A stretch of 44,186 bases of DNA from Bacteroidia bacterium (GTDB lineage: Bacteria > Bacteroidota > Bacteroidia > B-17B0 > Aurantibacillaceae): the NCBI GenBank assembly GCA_044357775.1, contig JBIKOX010000001.1:1-44186 (forward strand), given 5' to 3'. The notes under the pieces are model-generated. The model saw only the letters and a list, made by a program, of their open reading frames with translations. It searched no databases and was not told the origin of the DNA. The position numbers and the translations under genes were made by a program. Numbering within the stretch: the stretch's first letter is position 1; each line of letters opens with the position of its first letter. Positions 27,427 to 38,511 of this stretch are shown piece after piece.

Positions 27427-29049
27427 TTAAAAATCTCTATAAAAATTATGGACGCTTGTTTTAATACCAAAATATATATACGGAGATTGCAATTCATAGC
27501 CCATATCATCGTTTATACTTCGCTGAATATAGCCCAATTCTAGGCGCAAATTTAACTGAGGTAAAATATAGTAGGTGAATTTTATATCACTTTGCATTAA
27601 TGATTTTTTATTACCCTGTGTTGTTTTATGGCCATATTCGTATGGGCGCGTGGTATAGCTAACAAATATATTTTGTCCTAAATTAGAGTTCATGGTATCC
27701 ATGCCGATAGTTGCTGACAGACCTTGAAAACTTAACATCCAACGATTTGCTCTGTAACTCACAAAACCTAAATATTCTTTAAAATTTGCACCCAAAGGAT
27801 GAGCCAACGCTTGTCCGTAATTTGAATAATTTTGTTGCACACTTCCATGCGTATAAGTATAAGGTCGCACTTGATTGAACTCCGCTTGTATTGTCAGTCC
27901 CTTAATATTAAATGCATTCATATACTTTCCTCCAAACTGCCAACCTTGCTTATTAGCCCACCAACCTTTTCTGGCTCTTATTTCTTTTAAAAAAAATTCG
28001 TCAGCAACAGCTTGGACATATAATTTTAAACAGCCAAACAATTTTCCAGTAGCATTTAATCCCATCATCGAATTGTCGGCAGATCCAACCGAATACTCTT
28101 GAGGTCTGTAAAATACAATTGGGTTTAAATAATTAACGTCAAATGTTCTCGTACGATTAGTATCAGAGCCCTGCCAAACAACATTTTCAAAAAAAGATAT
28201 ATTAAATTCTTTAAGTGCATTGAAACTTAAATAATGAAAAGTACCGTACTTGTTTTGTAAACTTTTTTTGGAACCATCATATTGTGAAAAATCTTGCATC
28301 CATGAATACCATACATTATACTGTATTCTCCAAATGTTAGCGTTAATTCCAAAATAAGGATTATTATTAGAAAAATCGGACAATAACAATGAACGATAAC
28401 CATCACCGATAAAATGTTTGTCTTTACCTAATTGAAAATTAAATGTTTTATTAGGACTATAAGAAATATAACCCGTTAAATTAGAAAAACTATAACTACC
28501 ATCTTTATTTTTAAACGCTCTTCCAAGTCCAGGAATTAATGCTGTAGTTTGAATAGTTGTATCCGTAAAACCTGGATAACTAACTCTACCTCCAATAGCT
28601 GTTGCTGCAAAAGTAAAATTATTATTAATATTCAATTTAACATGAGCACCTCCAAATGTTTCCGCTACAAATTTTGAAGCTAATAGATCGTTGCCAATTT
28701 GTAAATCAATTAGTGGTAAAAATTGGATTGCATATTTATGGCGTTTATTTGGATTATCATGAATTGTTTTACTTAAAAAAAAGTTCTTTATTGGATAATG
28801 TAAAAAACCAACGGCAGTGTCCGAAAAATTATCTAAAGTTGATGATATGTAAGGCTTGAAAGAAGAGTGAAATTCGAGGCTTGGATTTTTTACATCTAAT
28901 AAATCAATAGTTTGTTGAACTTCTTGATTGATAAAAATATTTTGTGATTGAGGATTGTTTTGAGAAAAAATAGATGTGACTAAAAAACAAAGTGAAATAC
29001 TTACACCACGAAATAAAAAAGTTAAATATGTTTTTTTAAGCAAATTCAA
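27427..29049 (-). CDS. Outer-membrane beta-barrel, Wzi/RemB-like (paralog 2)
   Basis: Signal peptide, 'GDGYRSLLLSD' motif shared with the 30157-31737 product, C-terminal aromatic 'FYRDF'. The family name is recalled, not verified. Confidence 0.55.
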   Translation of the reverse strand: MNLLKKTYLTFLFRGVSISLCFLVTSIFSQNNPQSQNIFINQEVQQTIDLLDVKNPSLEFHSSFKPYISSTLDNFSDTAVGFLHYPIKNFFLSKTIHDNPNKRHKYAIQFLPLIDLQIGNDLLASKFVAETFGGAHVKLNINNNFTFAATAIGGRVSYPGFTDTTIQTTALIPGLGRAFKNKDGSYSFSNLTGYISYSPNKTFNFQLGKDKHFIGDGYRSLLLSDFSNNNPYFGINANIWRIQYNVWYSWMQDFSQYDGSKKSLQNKYGTFHYLSFNALKEFNISFFENVVWQGSDTNRTRTFDVNYLNPIVFYRPQEYSVGSADNSMMGLNATGKLFGCLKLYVQAVADEFFLKEIRARKGWWANKQGWQFGGKYMNAFNIKGLTIQAEFNQVRPYTYTHGSVQQNYSNYGQALAHPLGANFKEYLGFVSYRANRWMLSFQGLSATIGMDTMNSNLGQNIFVSYTTRPYEYGHKTTQGNKKSLMQSDIKFTYYILPQLNLRLELGYIQRSINDDMGYELQSPYIYFGIKTSVHNFYRDF

Positions 29050-29051
29050 AA

Positions 29052-30146
29052 TTATTTTATACTACTTTTTTCCTTTTGCGCCGCTTTATAATAAAATTGT
29101 ATTATTAAAATAAATAAACCACAGCATCCTAAGAGCGCTATCAATGATAAACTTGGATTTAAAAAATAGCTGAATAACGAAACACCAACGGTAACTAAAC
29201 TAAATGCATAGATAATTATTACTGTTTTTGTATGCGAATAGCCGCAATCTAGTAGACGATGGTGCAAGTGATTTCTATCGGCAGCAAATGGTGACTGACC
29301 TTTAATAGCGCGAATTACAAAAATCCTCAATGTGTCTGTTAAAGGGTAACTTAAAGCTGCAATTACAAGAATTGGGTTAGAAATATGTATCCAGAAATCA
29401 TTAATACGGGTTACTGGATATTCAATTAATTTAATACTTAAAACACAAATAAACATTCCTATAATTAATGAACCACTGTCTCCCATAAATATTTTTGCTG
29501 GCGAAAAATTAAATATCAAAAATCCAAGTAAAGCACCTGCTAAAGAAAAAGAAAGGGATGCCAATGTATATTCATTTGCAAAAATAAACCAAGTTCCAAA
29601 AACAGAGGCAGCTATTAAACCAACTCCTGCAGCTAGACCATCAATACCGTCAATTAAGTTCATGGCATTTACAACTACAATGTATGTAAATAGCGATAAA
29701 AAAATACTTCCCCACTGCGGAATTTCATCTACACCAAATACACCGTGCAAGCCAGTGATTCTTATATCTCCCATTAAAATCAAAATTAATCCAACTAATA
29801 TATTAGCAAATAGTTTTTTTACGGGCGCTGTTCCAATAATGTCATCTTTTACACCAACAAAAAATAAAACTAAACTTGTTGCCACCAATATTTTAAACTC
29901 TTTTACCGATTCGTAAATCTGATCGTATTCATGCAAGTCATCAATGTTATACCACAGTGAAAAAGAAAACAAGGTAGCTGCATAAATAATTATTCCGCCA
30001 ATTGTTGGAATGGCTCTTTTATGAATCTTCCTATCTTCAGTAGGCAAATCAATTAATCGTTTTAAAACAGCAACTTTAATAAGTGATGGTGTAGAATATA
30101 AAACAACTACAAACGAAGTAATAAAAACTAAAATTAAAATAGCCAT
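29052..30146 (-). CDS. WecA/MraY-family polyprenyl-phosphate sugar-1-phosphate transferase (GT4)
   Basis: 'NAMNLIDGIDGLA' and 'FMGDSGSL' motifs, about 10 TM segments. Confidence 0.85.
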   Translation of the reverse strand: MAILILVFITSFVVVLYSTPSLIKVAVLKRLIDLPTEDRKIHKRAIPTIGGIIIYAATLFSFSLWYNIDDLHEYDQIYESVKEFKILVATSLVLFFVGVKDDIIGTAPVKKLFANILVGLILILMGDIRITGLHGVFGVDEIPQWGSIFLSLFTYIVVVNAMNLIDGIDGLAAGVGLIAASVFGTWFIFANEYTLASLSFSLAGALLGFLIFNFSPAKIFMGDSGSLIIGMFICVLSIKLIEYPVTRINDFWIHISNPILVIAALSYPLTDTLRIFVIRAIKGQSPFAADRNHLHHRLLDCGYSHTKTVIIIYAFSLVTVGVSLFSYFLNPSLSLIALLGCCGLFILIIQFYYKAAQKEKSSIK

Positions 30147-30156
30147 TGTTTATTAT

Positions 30157-31737
30157 TTAAAAATCGTAATACGAATTATATAAGTTTGACTTTACACTAA
30201 TCGTATAAAAAGTTGTTTTGTTATTTGATTCATTAAATCCTAAAAAATCCTGAAATCTATAATTATACCCTAAAGATACATTAAAATTATAAGCCGTATT
30301 AATAGTGTAACCGATTTGAACTTTTGAAATTGAGTTGTTATAAAACGATGATTTGTTTAACGTAAACCACTGTAAATTTAATTTAGCATTTAAAAAAGCT
30401 CTGCGGTACTTGTAGTCACCTAATAAAATTAGCTCTTTTCCATAGCCAGGTGTATAGGCTAAATTTTGATTGTAATGAGAAAAGCTTTGGTTGCTATATG
30501 CTGCAAACGGACTATTATAAGAGCCTTCGGTAACATCATTATATTCAATTTGAAGCATTAAATTTTTCAAATTAAATGCATCAAAATATTTAGCTCCTAA
30601 CTGATATCCAAAACTGTTTCGTAATTTAAATGTATTACTAAAATCATCTCCCATAAATTGACTGTAAACCGATATTTTATTGGAAATTTTTAAATTTGCT
30701 GTTGCACCAACAACTATATTATTTTTATTATTTAAACCATAAAATCCTAAATTGGAAAAAATAACTGGATTAAAATATTGCCAATCTAATTGATGCCTGT
30801 TCATACTATCTGCTGCATTCCACACCATTCCTTGAAATAAGCCAACATTAAAGCGCTTATTTACATTATAACTTAAATATTGAAAAGATGCTGCCTTTTT
30901 TTGAAATAAAGGTTCTGTATTTTTTGGTGTAACAGCTCCTCCGGTAGTTAAATTCATTAGTACAGCATAAATAGTAGTGTATTGCAATTTTCCCTTTAAC
31001 CATTCAGATGTAATTCTGATGTAAGGATAATTAAACGCATTGTCGCTCAGTAATAATGAGCGGTAGCCGTTTCCGATTTTTTGTTTACCATGTCCTACTT
31101 GAATATTTAATTTTTTAATCGGCTGATATGAAATAAATCCTGAAGAAAACGCATAATCATAACCTGTTTTTTTAAATACTTTATAACGACCTTGTCCGGG
31201 AACAACATTTATTTGATTATTTAAATTAGAAATATAATGAGGAAATTGACTTTGATTTTCGGAAAATAGTGTTTCAAAATAAAAATCTTTGCCTATGCTT
31301 CCACTAGCAATAAAACCTCTGGTGTTTGTTGAAATTCGTTGCGATTTTGTGGTATCATATTCTGCTTTTCCTAATTCAATGTTTAGCAAAGGGTCTACTT
31401 TGAATTCGTATTTGCCCATTTTAGATTTTATATGAATTAAATGATCAAAAAAAACTTTGTCTAAAAATGGATCATCAGATATGTACTTAAATAGTCGGTG
31501 AGTATCGCCTACAAACTCATATTTTTTATTAAAAAAAGGAATGTAAGGCTGTATGCTAGAATGTATTTGTTCGCTATCTATCCTTGCAAGTTGCCTTTGA
31601 GAAAGTGTACTAAAAAAATAATCGTTTGGTAAATTATAGAACTGAGCTTTTAAAGAAAATGTTGTAAGTAGTAAGATACAAGTATTAAGATGTTTAAATC
31701 TGTATAATTGAATTTTTATTTTATATAAAATGATCAC
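30157..31737 (-). CDS. Outer-membrane beta-barrel, Wzi/RemB-like (paralog 1)
   Basis: 'GNGYRSLLLSD' and C-terminal 'SYYDF'. It aligns along its length with the 27427-29049 product. Confidence 0.55.
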   Translation of the reverse strand: MIILYKIKIQLYRFKHLNTCILLLTTFSLKAQFYNLPNDYFFSTLSQRQLARIDSEQIHSSIQPYIPFFNKKYEFVGDTHRLFKYISDDPFLDKVFFDHLIHIKSKMGKYEFKVDPLLNIELGKAEYDTTKSQRISTNTRGFIASGSIGKDFYFETLFSENQSQFPHYISNLNNQINVVPGQGRYKVFKKTGYDYAFSSGFISYQPIKKLNIQVGHGKQKIGNGYRSLLLSDNAFNYPYIRITSEWLKGKLQYTTIYAVLMNLTTGGAVTPKNTEPLFQKKAASFQYLSYNVNKRFNVGLFQGMVWNAADSMNRHQLDWQYFNPVIFSNLGFYGLNNKNNIVVGATANLKISNKISVYSQFMGDDFSNTFKLRNSFGYQLGAKYFDAFNLKNLMLQIEYNDVTEGSYNSPFAAYSNQSFSHYNQNLAYTPGYGKELILLGDYKYRRAFLNAKLNLQWFTLNKSSFYNNSISKVQIGYTINTAYNFNVSLGYNYRFQDFLGFNESNNKTTFYTISVKSNLYNSYYDF

Positions 31738-31783
31738 TTATAGTTCAGTCTTTTATCTTAATACCGTTTGCTTAATAACAAAC

Positions 31784-32725
31784 TTACCAAGTTTTAACGC
31801 CTTCTTTATTTTTAAAATCTTCGTAAACTTGTTTAATACCTTCGGGCAATTCTATTTTGTGTTTCCAGCCTAACGAATGCAAATAAGACACATCCATTAA
31901 TTTACGGGGCGTTCCATCTGGCTTTGATAAATCATGGGTTATTTCTCCTTTAAAACCAACAATGTTTTTTATCAAAAGCGCTAAATCCTTAATTGTTAAA
32001 TCTTTTCCCGAACCAATATTTACAAATTGTTCCCCATTATAATTATTCATTAAAAAAACGCAAGCATCCCCTAAATCATCTGCGTGTAAAAACTCTCGCA
32101 TAGGCAATCCAGTGCCCCACATTTCAACAGATGGTAAATTGCTTTCCTTTGCATCATGAAACTTTCTAATTAATGCTGGCAATACATGTGAGTTGTTTAA
32201 ATTATAACTATCGTTTGGTCCATACATATTTGTGGGCATAACCGAAATAAAATTGCATCCGTATTGACGCTTATAGCTCTCGCACATTTTTATACCTGCT
32301 ATTTTAGCAATAGCATACGGCTCGTTTGTTTCTTCTAATAAACCTGTTAGCAAATATTCTTCCTTTAATGGTTGAGGTGCTAGCTTAGGATAAATGCATG
32401 AACTTCCTAAAAACAGTAGTTTTTTTACACCATTTAAATATGAATTATGAATAACATTATTTTGAATCATTAAATTTTCATAAATAAAATCAGCTCTAAA
32501 AACATTATTTGCTTGTATGCCCCCAACTTTAGCTGCTGCTAAAAAAACATAATCAGGTTTTTCTTCAACAAAAAAATCACTAACGGCTTGCGAGTTACGT
32601 AAATCTAATTCTTTAGATGTTCGGGTTACAAAATTTGTAAACCCTTTGCTTTGTAAATTACGCATAATGGCAGAGCCAACCATGCCGCGGTGGCCTGCAA
32701 TATATATTTTGGAATTATTGTTCAT
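31784..32725 (-). CDS. fcl: GDP-L-fucose synthase
   Basis: '[15 protein letters not shown]' Rossmann motif and 'YAIAKIAG' YxxxK. Length is 313 aa. Confidence 0.92.
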   Translation of the reverse strand: MNNNSKIYIAGHRGMVGSAIMRNLQSKGFTNFVTRTSKELDLRNSQAVSDFFVEEKPDYVFLAAAKVGGIQANNVFRADFIYENLMIQNNVIHNSYLNGVKKLLFLGSSCIYPKLAPQPLKEEYLLTGLLEETNEPYAIAKIAGIKMCESYKRQYGCNFISVMPTNMYGPNDSYNLNNSHVLPALIRKFHDAKESNLPSVEMWGTGLPMREFLHADDLGDACVFLMNNYNGEQFVNIGSGKDLTIKDLALLIKNIVGFKGEITHDLSKPDGTPRKLMDVSYLHSLGWKHKIELPEGIKQVYEDFKNKEGVKTW

Positions 32726-33062
32726 TACTGTTTTGTAAAATTTCTGTTATTTGAAAATGAAGTTCAGGGATATCATCTTGTATTACTTCCCAAACAATAT
32801 CATAATCAGTGCCTTCATAATCGTGAATTAATCTATTACGAAGGCCCGCCATGTTTATCCACTCAATTTGAGAATGTTTTAATTTAAAATCGGAGTCGAT
32901 TTTTTTTTATTCTTATACAACAATTTCTAAAGCTCGTACTACTGCTCTTTTTAATATTTCATCTTTGTGAAACGACTCTATAGTGCAGTTTTTGCAGGCA
33001 TTAATAATAAAAGCAGATTCTCTTTCAATATGCCTTATTAACTCAATCGATGACTTGTACAT
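32715..33062 (-). pseudogene. HEPN (DUF86/HepT-like) toxin gene interrupted by two in-frame TAA codons
   Basis: A single 116-codon frame reads 'MYKSSIELIRHIERES...RAVVRALEIVV * E * KKIDSDFKLKHSQIEWINMAGLRNRLIHDYEGTDYDIVWEV...'. The Rx4H motif 'RNRLIH' is retained. The stops lie at 32913-32915 and 32907-32909. The frame overlaps the mnt 3' end and the fcl ATG. Confidence 0.7.
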
Positions 33063-33348
33063 ATTTAATATCTTTTAAAATTGAGCTGTAAATAAATGGC
33101 GAGAGGGACTCTTTTGTTACCATGTCGAAATTTTCTCCGAAATGCTCTTCTAAATAAATCGCAATCTTCATGAAATTTTTAAAATTTTTATATCCTTCTT
33201 CAAACTCAATTAAAAAATCTAAATCACTATTTTCGTTTTGGGTTCCTCTAGCAACTGAACCAAATAAACCAATACGAGCCAAGTGAAAGTTTTTTAGAAC
33301 TTGCTTGTCTGTATTTAATGTGTTTATTATTGAATCTGCTGTTACCAT
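33043..33348 (-). CDS. Minimal nucleotidyltransferase (MNT/MntA-like antitoxin)
   Basis: 'LFGSVARGTQNENSDLDFLIEF' (GSxxRG...DxD). Confidence 0.85.
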   Translation of the reverse strand: MVTADSIINTLNTDKQVLKNFHLARIGLFGSVARGTQNENSDLDFLIEFEEGYKNFKNFMKIAIYLEEHFGENFDMVTKESLSPFIYSSILKDIKYVQVID

Positions 33349-33355
33349 GTAATTT

Positions 33356-34444
33356 TTACTCTTTATAATTTAATATTTTATGCCCACCATCTAGCAAATA
33401 TTTGTCTCGTTTAAATAACTCAACATCTGCCGCAACCATTTCTTTACACAATTCAGCAACAGTATAAGTAGGCGTCCAACCCATTTTAACTTTTGCTTTA
33501 GTGGCATCACCAACTAATAATTCAACTTCAGCGGGGCGATAATAATTTGGATCAATTTCAACAAGAACTTTTCCTGTTGCAACATCAATTCCTTTTTCGT
33601 TTTCTGCTTTACCTTCCCATTTTATAGTTATGCCAACTTCTGCAAACGACATATTAATAAATTCACGCACAGTAATTTTTATTCCTGTTGCTAAAACAAA
33701 GTCATCTGGCTCGTCTTGTTGTAACATTCGCCACATGCCTTCCACATAATCCTTGGCATGACCCCAATCTCTTTCAGAATCAATATTCCCCATAAACAGT
33801 TTATCCTGCAAACCCAAACTAATTTTTGCCACTGCACGTGTTATTTTACGAGTAACAAATGTTTCTCCACGTAAAGGACTTTCATGATTAAATAAAATGC
33901 CATTACATGCAAACATTCCGTATGCTTCACGATAATTTTTAGTAATCCAAAAAGCATATAATTTTGCAACACCATAAGGACTGCGAGGATAAAACGGAGT
34001 GGTTTCTTTTTGAGGAATTTCTTGAACTAAGCCATACAACTCAGAAGTTGATGCTTGATAAAAACGTGTTTTCTTTTCTAAACCTAAAATACGAATAGCT
34101 TCTAAAATTCTTAATGTTCCTATACCGTCTGCATTAGCTGTATATTCCGGCGTATCAAAACTTACTTTTACATGCGACATCGCAGCCAAATTATAAATTT
34201 CATCAGGTTGTACTTCCTGAATAATACGGATTAAGTTAGTACTATCAGTTAAATCGCCATGGTGCAATTTAAATTTTATTTTATTTTCGTGCTGGTCTTG
34301 ATATAGATGATCAATTCTATCGGTATTAAATAAAGAACTTCTTCTTTTTACACCATGCACTGTATATCCTTTGCTTAATAGTAATTCAGATAGGTAAGCT
34401 CCGTCTTGTCCAGTTACGCCCGTAATTAATGCTACTTTACTCAT
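33356..34444 (-). CDS. gmd: GDP-mannose 4,6-dehydratase
   Basis: '[19 protein letters not shown]', '[10 protein letters not shown]' and 'ILFNHESP'. Confidence 0.95.
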   Translation of the reverse strand: MSKVALITGVTGQDGAYLSELLLSKGYTVHGVKRRSSLFNTDRIDHLYQDQHENKIKFKLHHGDLTDSTNLIRIIQEVQPDEIYNLAAMSHVKVSFDTPEYTANADGIGTLRILEAIRILGLEKKTRFYQASTSELYGLVQEIPQKETTPFYPRSPYGVAKLYAFWITKNYREAYGMFACNGILFNHESPLRGETFVTRKITRAVAKISLGLQDKLFMGNIDSERDWGHAKDYVEGMWRMLQQDEPDDFVLATGIKITVREFINMSFAEVGITIKWEGKAENEKGIDVATGKVLVEIDPNYYRPAEVELLVGDATKAKVKMGWTPTYTVAELCKEMVAADVELFKRDKYLLDGGHKILNYKE

Positions 34445-34514
34445 ATTTTATTTATAGAGTAGCAATATTACGAAAATTTAACTGAAAAATTAAGTGATTT
34501 TTAAGAGTTAATGT

Positions 34515-34544
34515 ATTTGTTAAATGAAGTTTTTTAATAGCTTT
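34515..34544 (+). promoter_or_regulatory. Candidate Bacteroidota sigma-A promoter for the DUF3098-like/uppP pair
   Basis: TTTG at 34515-34518, an 18-nt spacer, then TAGCTTTG (34537-34544) matching TAnnTTTG, about 22 nt before the ATG. Confidence 0.35.
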
Positions 34545-34566
34545 GCTCATCTAAAAAACAACATAA

Positions 34567-34800
34567 ATGAAAACGACTTTTGGAAAACAAAACTATCAAA
34601 TCTTTATTGCAGGTATTGTATTAATCATTTTGGGTTATTTATTAATGATTGGTGGTGGTAGTGAAGATCCTAATGTATTTAATCCAGCAATATTTGATAC
34701 ACAGCGTATTACTATTGCTCCTATGGTTTGTTTAATTGGTTTTGTGACAATTATCGTTGCTATTATGTGGCGACCAAAAACCAAAAACGAAGAGGCTTAA
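34567..34800 (+). CDS. Small two-TM membrane protein (DUF3098-like)
   Basis: 77 aa with two hydrophobic helices, immediately upstream of uppP as in many Bacteroidota. The family name is recalled, not verified. Confidence 0.55.
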   Translation: MKTTFGKQNYQIFIAGIVLIILGYLLMIGGGSEDPNVFNPAIFDTQRITIAPMVCLIGFVTIIVAIMWRPKTKNEEA

Positions 34801-34822
34801 TTCTTCTTTTTACTTTTTTCCT

Positions 34823-35614
34823 ATGACTTATTTTCAAGCATTTATTATTGCTATTATTGAAGGCTTAACCGAGTTTTTGCCAATATCATCTACTGGTCAT
34901 ATGATTTTGGCTTCGTCTTTAATGAAAATTCAAAATCATCAATTTGCTGAAACCTTTGAAATTGTTATTCAATTAGGTGCAATTTTAGCTGTTCTACTTT
35001 TATACATAAAGCGTTTTTTTGTTGGAATTAATATCTATTTAAAATTATTCGTAGCTTTTTTGCCTACAGGTGTTATTGGCTTATTGGCTTATAAAACTAT
35101 CAAGTTGTATTTATTTAATCCTTATGTTGTTAGTGTATCATTAATAGTTGGCGGACTAGTTTTAATTTTTTTAGATAAATGGAGTTCTAAAAAAGAATCA
35201 GAATACAAAGAAGTAGAGGATATTAGTTACACTAATGCTGCTAAAATTGGTTTGTTTCAATGTATTTCAATGATTCCCGGTGTTTCAAGATCAGCAGCTA
35301 CAATTTTTGGTGGAATTTTTTCCGGTTTTAATCGTCAGCAAGCTGCTGAGTTTTCTTTTTTATTAGCAATCCCAACTATGTTTGCAGCATCCGGTTACGA
35401 CTTATTAAAAGAAAGAGATAACATTCATAGCAATGATATTACTATTCTGTTTTTTGGAGCAATGATTGCTTTTGTTGTAGCTTTTTTTGCGGTTAAAGCT
35501 TTTGTAAGCTTTTTAAATAAATATGGCTTTAAACATTTTGGGTATTATCGCATTATACTTGGTGTACTTTTTTTAATTTACGCTTTAAGTTCCGGACTTG
35601 AACTTACTGCCTAA
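34823..35614 (+). CDS. uppP: Undecaprenyl-diphosphate phosphatase
   Basis: The start is moved to the ATG at 34823 ('MTYFQAFIIAIIEGLTEFLPISSTGH'). 'PGVSRSAATI' is present. Confidence 0.9.
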   Translation: MTYFQAFIIAIIEGLTEFLPISSTGHMILASSLMKIQNHQFAETFEIVIQLGAILAVLLLYIKRFFVGINIYLKLFVAFLPTGVIGLLAYKTIKLYLFNPYVVSVSLIVGGLVLIFLDKWSSKKESEYKEVEDISYTNAAKIGLFQCISMIPGVSRSAATIFGGIFSGFNRQQAAEFSFLLAIPTMFAASGYDLLKERDNIHSNDITILFFGAMIAFVVAFFAVKAFVSFLNKYGFKHFGYYRIILGVLFLIYALSSGLELTA

Positions 35615-35662
35615 ATCAGAATTTGTAGGAGCCGTATTAATTTGATTTGTTTAAACGGCTAT

Positions 35663-36412
35663 CTAATAAACAAACTCGTAAACTTCAGGTGGAATTTGAT
35701 ATGAACTATTTTCGGAGTAGTATGCTTTCAGTTGATTATTAAATTTTTTGACATAATTTCCATAATTTTTCTTCAAAGAATAGCCTTTTTGAAAATATGG
35801 AAATGGTTTATGTAATTCAATAAAATATCTATTTTTAACTACAATCGCTACTTCCTTAACAGGCGCGCCTCTTTCCGTTGCATTATTAGCTTTTTTTTCA
35901 GTAACGAATCCCAAAGATGATTCAGTAATAAATCCTTGCTCAGCAACTAAATAAAATTTAGCACTGCATACTATAGTTGGGTTTATTGTCAAATTTGAAT
36001 CTACAAAAATTTGATTTAATTTCTGCTTTTGAACTGAATCTGAAAATTCAGATAAAAAAAAGTAAACAGGGCAAAAGTTGAATTCTTTCGAGTACGCTCT
36101 GACAATACTTTTATTTCTCAATTGAGTTTCTCTTTCAACTTGCGTTGCTAAATCAATATTGCCCGCAGCCTTTAATTTAGAAATAGTATTATTATTGGTT
36201 TTTAATCGTATTAATAAAGCGCCACCATTTTTTAATCGATTAATTTGAGCTTTAGCTACTTTAAATCTTAATTCATTAAAATTTTTATAGGATGAATCAT
36301 TTTTATAATCTGTAATTCTAGTTGGTCTGGGGCCTTCTTTATCTTGAGCATTAAGAATAAAAGGAACAAACAATGTTATTACAAAAAATAGCTTATTTAA
36401 TTTCGGAGCCAT
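35663..36412 (-). CDS. Hypothetical secreted protein
   Basis: Signal peptide '[16 protein letters not shown]'. The start overlaps the metG stop by 20 nt. No recognisable motif. Confidence 0.5.
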   Translation of the reverse strand: MAPKLNKLFFVITLFVPFILNAQDKEGPRPTRITDYKNDSSYKNFNELRFKVAKAQINRLKNGGALLIRLKTNNNTISKLKAAGNIDLATQVERETQLRNKSIVRAYSKEFNFCPVYFFLSEFSDSVQKQKLNQIFVDSNLTINPTIVCSAKFYLVAEQGFITESSLGFVTEKKANNATERGAPVKEVAIVVKNRYFIELHKPFPYFQKGYSLKKNYGNYVKKFNNQLKAYYSENSSYQIPPEVYEFVY

Positions 36413-38432
36413 TATTAAAGTTTGATTTTGTAGAAGAAATAAAACTTAATTCACCTTTACTATTAGAAGCCATTAAAATCATTCCTTGACTTTCGATACC
36501 TTTAATTTTTCTGGGAGCTAAGTTTACTAAAATACTTACCTGTTGTCCAATTATATCTTCTGGTTTATACCATTCGGCAATTCCACTAACAACGGTGCGG
36601 ATATCAATTCCAGTATCTATTTTTAATTTTAGTAGTTTGTCAGTTTTTGGCACTCGTTCAGCTTCTAAAATTGTTCCTGTTCTAATGTCCATTTTACTAA
36701 AATCATCAAAGCTAGTTTCTGGTTTTGCCGGAGGAATGATTGTTACAACATTTTCCTTTTTACTTTCAGCTAATTTATTAATTTGAAATTCAATTTCAGA
36801 ATCTTCAATTTTAGCAAATAGTAATTCATCTTTATTAATTAAATGTCCCGCAGCCATATTGCTAGTTTGCTTTGCGGCATGCCATTTTAATATTGGCATA
36901 TTTAACATAGCAAATAATTTATTGGAAGTAAAAGGAATAAACGGTTCACTAACAATGGCTAAATTACAGGTGATCTGTAAAGCAATGTTCATGATTGTTT
37001 GGACTCTTTTTTCGTCAATCTTAATTAATTTCCAAGGTTCTGTTTCCGCTAAATATTTATTTCCTAAACGCGCTAAATTCATCATTTCTGAAAGCGCTTC
37101 TCTGAACTTAAAGTTTTCTATGGCTGCTGAAATTTTAACTGGGAACGCTGCTAGCTGCTCTAAAATCAATAAATCTTCTTTAGTATAGGTTTCAGCTGAA
37201 GGTACCGCTCCGTTATAATATTTGTGAGTCAGCACCAAAGTTCGGTTTACAAAATTACCAAAGATGGCAACTAGTTCACTATTGTTTTTTGTCTGAAAAT
37301 CTGCCCATGTAAAATCGTTGTCCTTTGTTTCAGGAGCGTTTGAGCATAAAGTATAACGCAATACGTCTTGTTTATCTTTAAAATCAATTAAGTATTCGTG
37401 CAACCAAACTGCCCAGTTGCGTGATGTAGAAATTTTATCTCCTTCTAAATTTAAAAACTCATTGGCAGGAACATTATCTGCTAAAATAAAATCGCCATGT
37501 TCCATTAACATTGCCGGAAAAATAATGCAGTGAAATACAATATTATCTTTCCCAATAAAATGAATTAAACGCGTTTCTTTATCTTTCCAATATAATTCCC
37601 AATCATGAGGTCTTAATTCTTTAGTAGCTGAAATATATCCAATAGGAGCATCAAACCAAACATATAAAACTTTACCGTCCGCATCTTTTACAGGAACAGG
37701 AACGCCCCAATCTAAATCACGCGTCATGGCTCTTGGCTGCAAACCATCACCGCTATCTAACCAACTTTTACACTGACCATAAACATTTGCTTTCCACTCT
37801 TTATGCAGATCTAAGTATGCTTGTATTTTTGGCTGTAATTTATCTAATGGCAAAAACCAGTTTTTAGTTTCCTTTAAAATAGGCTTGCTGCCACTTAAGG
37901 TTGATTTTGCATCAATCAATTCAGTAGCATTTAAAGTGCTGCCACATTTTTCGCATTGGTCTCCGTACGCATTTGGATTACCGCATTTAGGACAAGTGCC
38001 AGTAATATAACGGTCTGCTAAAAATTGTTTAGCTTCATCATCATAGTATTGTTCTGTAATTTCTTCAGTAAAAACACCCTTATCGTATAGTACTTTAAAG
38101 AAATCAGAAGCTGTTTCGTGATGAATTTTACTAGAGGTTCGTGAGTACACATCAAATGAAATTCCAAATTCTTTAAAAGAATCACCCATCATTTTATGAT
38201 ATTTATCTACAACATCCTGAGGAGAGATCCCTTCTTTTTTTGCTTTAATTGTAATAGGAACACCATGTTCATCGCTTCCGCAAATAAATATAACATCTTC
38301 ACCTTTGCTTCTTTTGTATCTAACAAAAATATCAGATGGTAAATAACAGCCAGCTAAGTGTCCAATATGAACAGGGCCGTTAGCGTATGGTAAAGCTGAA
38401 GTAACAAGTGTACGTTTATAAGTAGTTGACAT
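36393..38432 (-). CDS. metG: Methionine--tRNA ligase with C-terminal tRNA-binding domain
   Basis: The start is moved to the ATG at 38432 ('[26 protein letters not shown]'). Zn knuckle 'CPKCG...CEKCG', 'KISTSRN' KMSKS variant, and a C-terminal '[13 protein letters not shown]' Trbp111-like domain. Confidence 0.95.
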   Translation of the reverse strand: MSTTYKRTLVTSALPYANGPVHIGHLAGCYLPSDIFVRYKRSKGEDVIFICGSDEHGVPITIKAKKEGISPQDVVDKYHKMMGDSFKEFGISFDVYSRTSSKIHHETASDFFKVLYDKGVFTEEITEQYYDDEAKQFLADRYITGTCPKCGNPNAYGDQCEKCGSTLNATELIDAKSTLSGSKPILKETKNWFLPLDKLQPKIQAYLDLHKEWKANVYGQCKSWLDSGDGLQPRAMTRDLDWGVPVPVKDADGKVLYVWFDAPIGYISATKELRPHDWELYWKDKETRLIHFIGKDNIVFHCIIFPAMLMEHGDFILADNVPANEFLNLEGDKISTSRNWAVWLHEYLIDFKDKQDVLRYTLCSNAPETKDNDFTWADFQTKNNSELVAIFGNFVNRTLVLTHKYYNGAVPSAETYTKEDLLILEQLAAFPVKISAAIENFKFREALSEMMNLARLGNKYLAETEPWKLIKIDEKRVQTIMNIALQITCNLAIVSEPFIPFTSNKLFAMLNMPILKWHAAKQTSNMAAGHLINKDELLFAKIEDSEIEFQINKLAESKKENVVTIIPPAKPETSFDDFSKMDIRTGTILEAERVPKTDKLLKLKIDTGIDIRTVVSGIAEWYKPEDIIGQQVSILVNLAPRKIKGIESQGMILMASNSKGELSFISSTKSNFNNGSEIK

Positions 38433-38511
38433 CGTGTTTATTATATAACTAAAATGTGGTAAAATTGTGTAAAGATAACATTTAACTTTATTCATTAAAA
38501 ATCAAAATCCG

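Noticed and set aside
32690-32887. 65-aa plus-strand ORF between fcl and mnt
   Set aside because: It is antisense to the HEPN remnant, whose 'RNRLIHDY' motif identifies the true ancestral coding strand.
32900-32908. T9 (A9 on the coding strand) homopolymer as a frameshift or phase-variation site splitting the HEPN gene
   Set aside because: I first assumed a frameshift. Codon-by-codon reading shows both HEPN halves are in the same frame, so the interruption is two nonsense codons upstream of the run, not slippage in it.
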